Source: an uncultured Ignavibacteria bacterium (GTDB lineage Bacteria > Bacteroidota > Ignavibacteria > Ignavibacteriales > Ignavibacteriaceae). From it: a stretch of DNA of 40,000 nt. The notes under the pieces are model-generated. The model was not told the origin of the DNA, did no database searches, and saw only the letters and a program-made list of their open reading frames with translations. Within the stretch, counting starts at the first letter, position 1. Every line of letters starts with the position of its first letter. Position numbers and translations under genes: made by a program. Location: positions 56,862 to 96,861 of the forward strand of contig CAWCVZ010000004.1 in assembly GCA_963798865.1 (NCBI GenBank), read 5' to 3'. Below, piece by piece: positions 38,350 to 40,000 of this stretch.

Positions 38350-39652
38350 CTAATCTTTTTCTACAGTTCTTGAAAAAATATAATTAACATTTTTTAACAT
38401 TTTATTATCGTTAAAAATTTCATTTATTTCTTTTTCACTAAGATATTTTTTCACTTCGGAAGAATTCATTAATTCTGTTTTTAGATGTTTACTTTTATCA
38501 GACCAAACATCCATAGCATGAGTTTGAACAATTTTATAAGCTTCTTCTCTGGTAATTCCTTTACTAACCAAATGTAACATAATTGTTTGTGAAAAAACAA
38601 GACCGCGTGTGAGTTCCAGGTTTTTAATCATATTTTCCGGATAAATAATTAAATTCTTAATAAGCTTTGTTGCAAGATCAAGCATATAATCCAAACCTAT
38701 ACAGCTATCGGGAACAATTATTCTTTCAACAGAAGAATGAGAAATATCCCTTTCGTGCCACAACGCAACATTTTCTATGGAAGCCATTGCATTACCTCTT
38801 AATACCCTCGCTAAGCCTGTTATTCTTTCACTTACAATGGGGTTTCTTTTATGAGGCATTGCAGAAGATCCCTTCTGACCTTTTGAAAAAAATTCTTCTG
38901 CTTCAAGCACTTCTGTTCTTTGCAAGTGTCTTATCTCAATTGAAATCTTTTCAAGAGTTGCACCTATTATTGAAAGTGTTGTTAGAAATTCAGCGTGCCT
39001 ATCCCTCTGAATAACCTGTGTTGAAACAGGTGCAGGTTTTAATCCCATTTTTTTACAAACATATTCTTCAACTTTTGGAGATAAATGTTCAAATGTACCT
39101 ACAGCACCGGAAATTTGTCCAAAGCTTATAACATCAATTGCACTTTCGAGTCTCTTAATATCTCTTTTTATTTCTTCAAACCAGTTGGCAAATTTCAAAC
39201 CCATAGTTGTTGGTTCAGCGTGGATTCCATGTGTTCTTCCAACACAAATAGTATTTTTATGTTCAATGGCTCTTTTCTTTTAAAGCTTCTTTTAAATCAT
39301 TTAATCTTAAAAGAAGGAGTTCACCTGCAGTTTTCATTTGATATGATAAAGTTGTATCAAGAATATCCGAAGAGGTCATTCCGTAATGTATATGTCTTGA
39401 TTCAGATCCAACATATTCCGCAACATTGGTAAGGAAGGCAATTACATCATGTTTTGTAGTTTCTTCAATCTCCAGAATTTTCTTTACATCAAATTTTGCT
39501 TTTTTCTTAATAATCTCAACATCTTCTTTAGGGATTTCTCCCAATTCACTTCTTGCTTCACAGGCAAGAATTTCTATTTTCAGCCAAGTATTAAATTTGA
39601 ATTCATCTTTCCAAACTTTACCCATTTCCGGAAGTGTATATCTTTCAATCAT
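38350..39652 (-). CDS. purB: Adenylosuccinate lyase (single frameshift at an A-run near 39262-39275)
   Basis: N-terminal ORF 39263..39652 (MIERYTLPEM...HYGMTSSD) and C-terminal ORF 38350..39204 (...SSAMPHKRNP...). Hand translation across 39205-39275 (AIEHKNTICVGRTHGIHAEPTT) bridges them after a one-nt shift in aaaagaaaagag. Confidence 0.9.
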
Positions 39653-40000
39653 CTTTTCACCAGGTTCATTTTTTTAGTCAGGTTTTCATTGTCTCTTACT
39701 ATTTTCAGAGAGATAGTTTGTCCTGTTCTGAATTCCTGGAATACACCGATTAATGTTTGTTCATTATTTATTTTATAATCTTCAACTTCAAGAATAATAT
39801 CTCCGACTTTTAGTCCTGCTTTAGAAGCAGGGGAGCCAGATGCTACCTGAGTTATAATAACTCCACGTGATGTTGATAAGTTATAGTATTCTGCAATTTT
39901 TTCATCGATAGATTGAATTCTTAAGCCGATATCAAAGTCACGATCAATCTTTCCATTTTCTTTAAGTTCTTTTACAATTTTTTTTACTTTATTAATTGGA
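39649..40000 (-). CDS. HtrA/DegP-type serine protease, C-terminal PDZ part (5' end outside window)
   Basis: Hand translation of the minus strand gives ...DFDIGLRIQSIDEKIAEYYNLSTSRGVIITQVASGSPASKAGLKVGDIILEVEDYKINNEQTL...SLKIVRDNENL. The stop TGA overlaps the purB ATG (ATGA). Confidence 0.7.
   Translation of the reverse strand, partial: PINKVKKIVKELKENGKIDRDFDIGLRIQSIDEKIAEYYNLSTSRGVIITQVASGSPASKAGLKVGDIILEVEDYKINNEQTLIGVFQEFRTGQTISLKIVRDNENLTKKMNLVKR

Overview
Low-GC bacterial chromosomal segment. A T9SS-type C-terminal sorting domain and the style of the housekeeping genes suggest the FCB group (Ignavibacteria/Bacteroidota); this taxonomic call is inference only. No database search was possible, so all family calls rest on motifs read from the translations.

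(1) Positions 1-14814 are a chromosomal integron. An IntI-type tyrosine recombinase (13846..14814, +) is divergent from an attI site and at least 11 cassettes on the minus strand. The cassettes are separated by 10 related, unusually long attC sites (about 190-250 bp), and the array runs off the left edge of the window. Cassette cargo:
- an AbiV-like gene;
- a heavily frame-disrupted HAD / PRTase / DprA-like (ShosTA-like) trio;
- a membrane-anchored PD-(D/E)xK nuclease-like protein;
- an aldo/keto reductase;
- an inverted Phd/ParE toxin-antitoxin pair;
- several secreted or membrane ORFans.
An IS110/IS1111-family element sits precisely inside one attC.

(2) Positions 15180-17696, directly 3' of intI, hold seven tandem units of about 330-390 bp. 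They carry no conserved ORF but have three conserved hairpins per unit. No feature class I know explains this array, and it is my top candidate for something undescribed.

(3) Positions 18241-40000 are ordinary core genes: lysC, DUF502, glnK-amtB, a fructosamine kinase-like gene, LMW-PTP, ferredoxin, an M28 peptidase, a TolB-like propeller, fur-feoAB, an ALDH, an S41 protease, an M15 dipeptidase, a peroxiredoxin, purB and the 3' end of an htrA-like gene. Two heptanucleotide microsatellites flank lysC.

Quality caveat: lysC and purB each carry a single frameshift, and the purB one sits at a homopolymer. The assembly therefore probably contains indel errors, and pseudogene calls should be read with that in mind.
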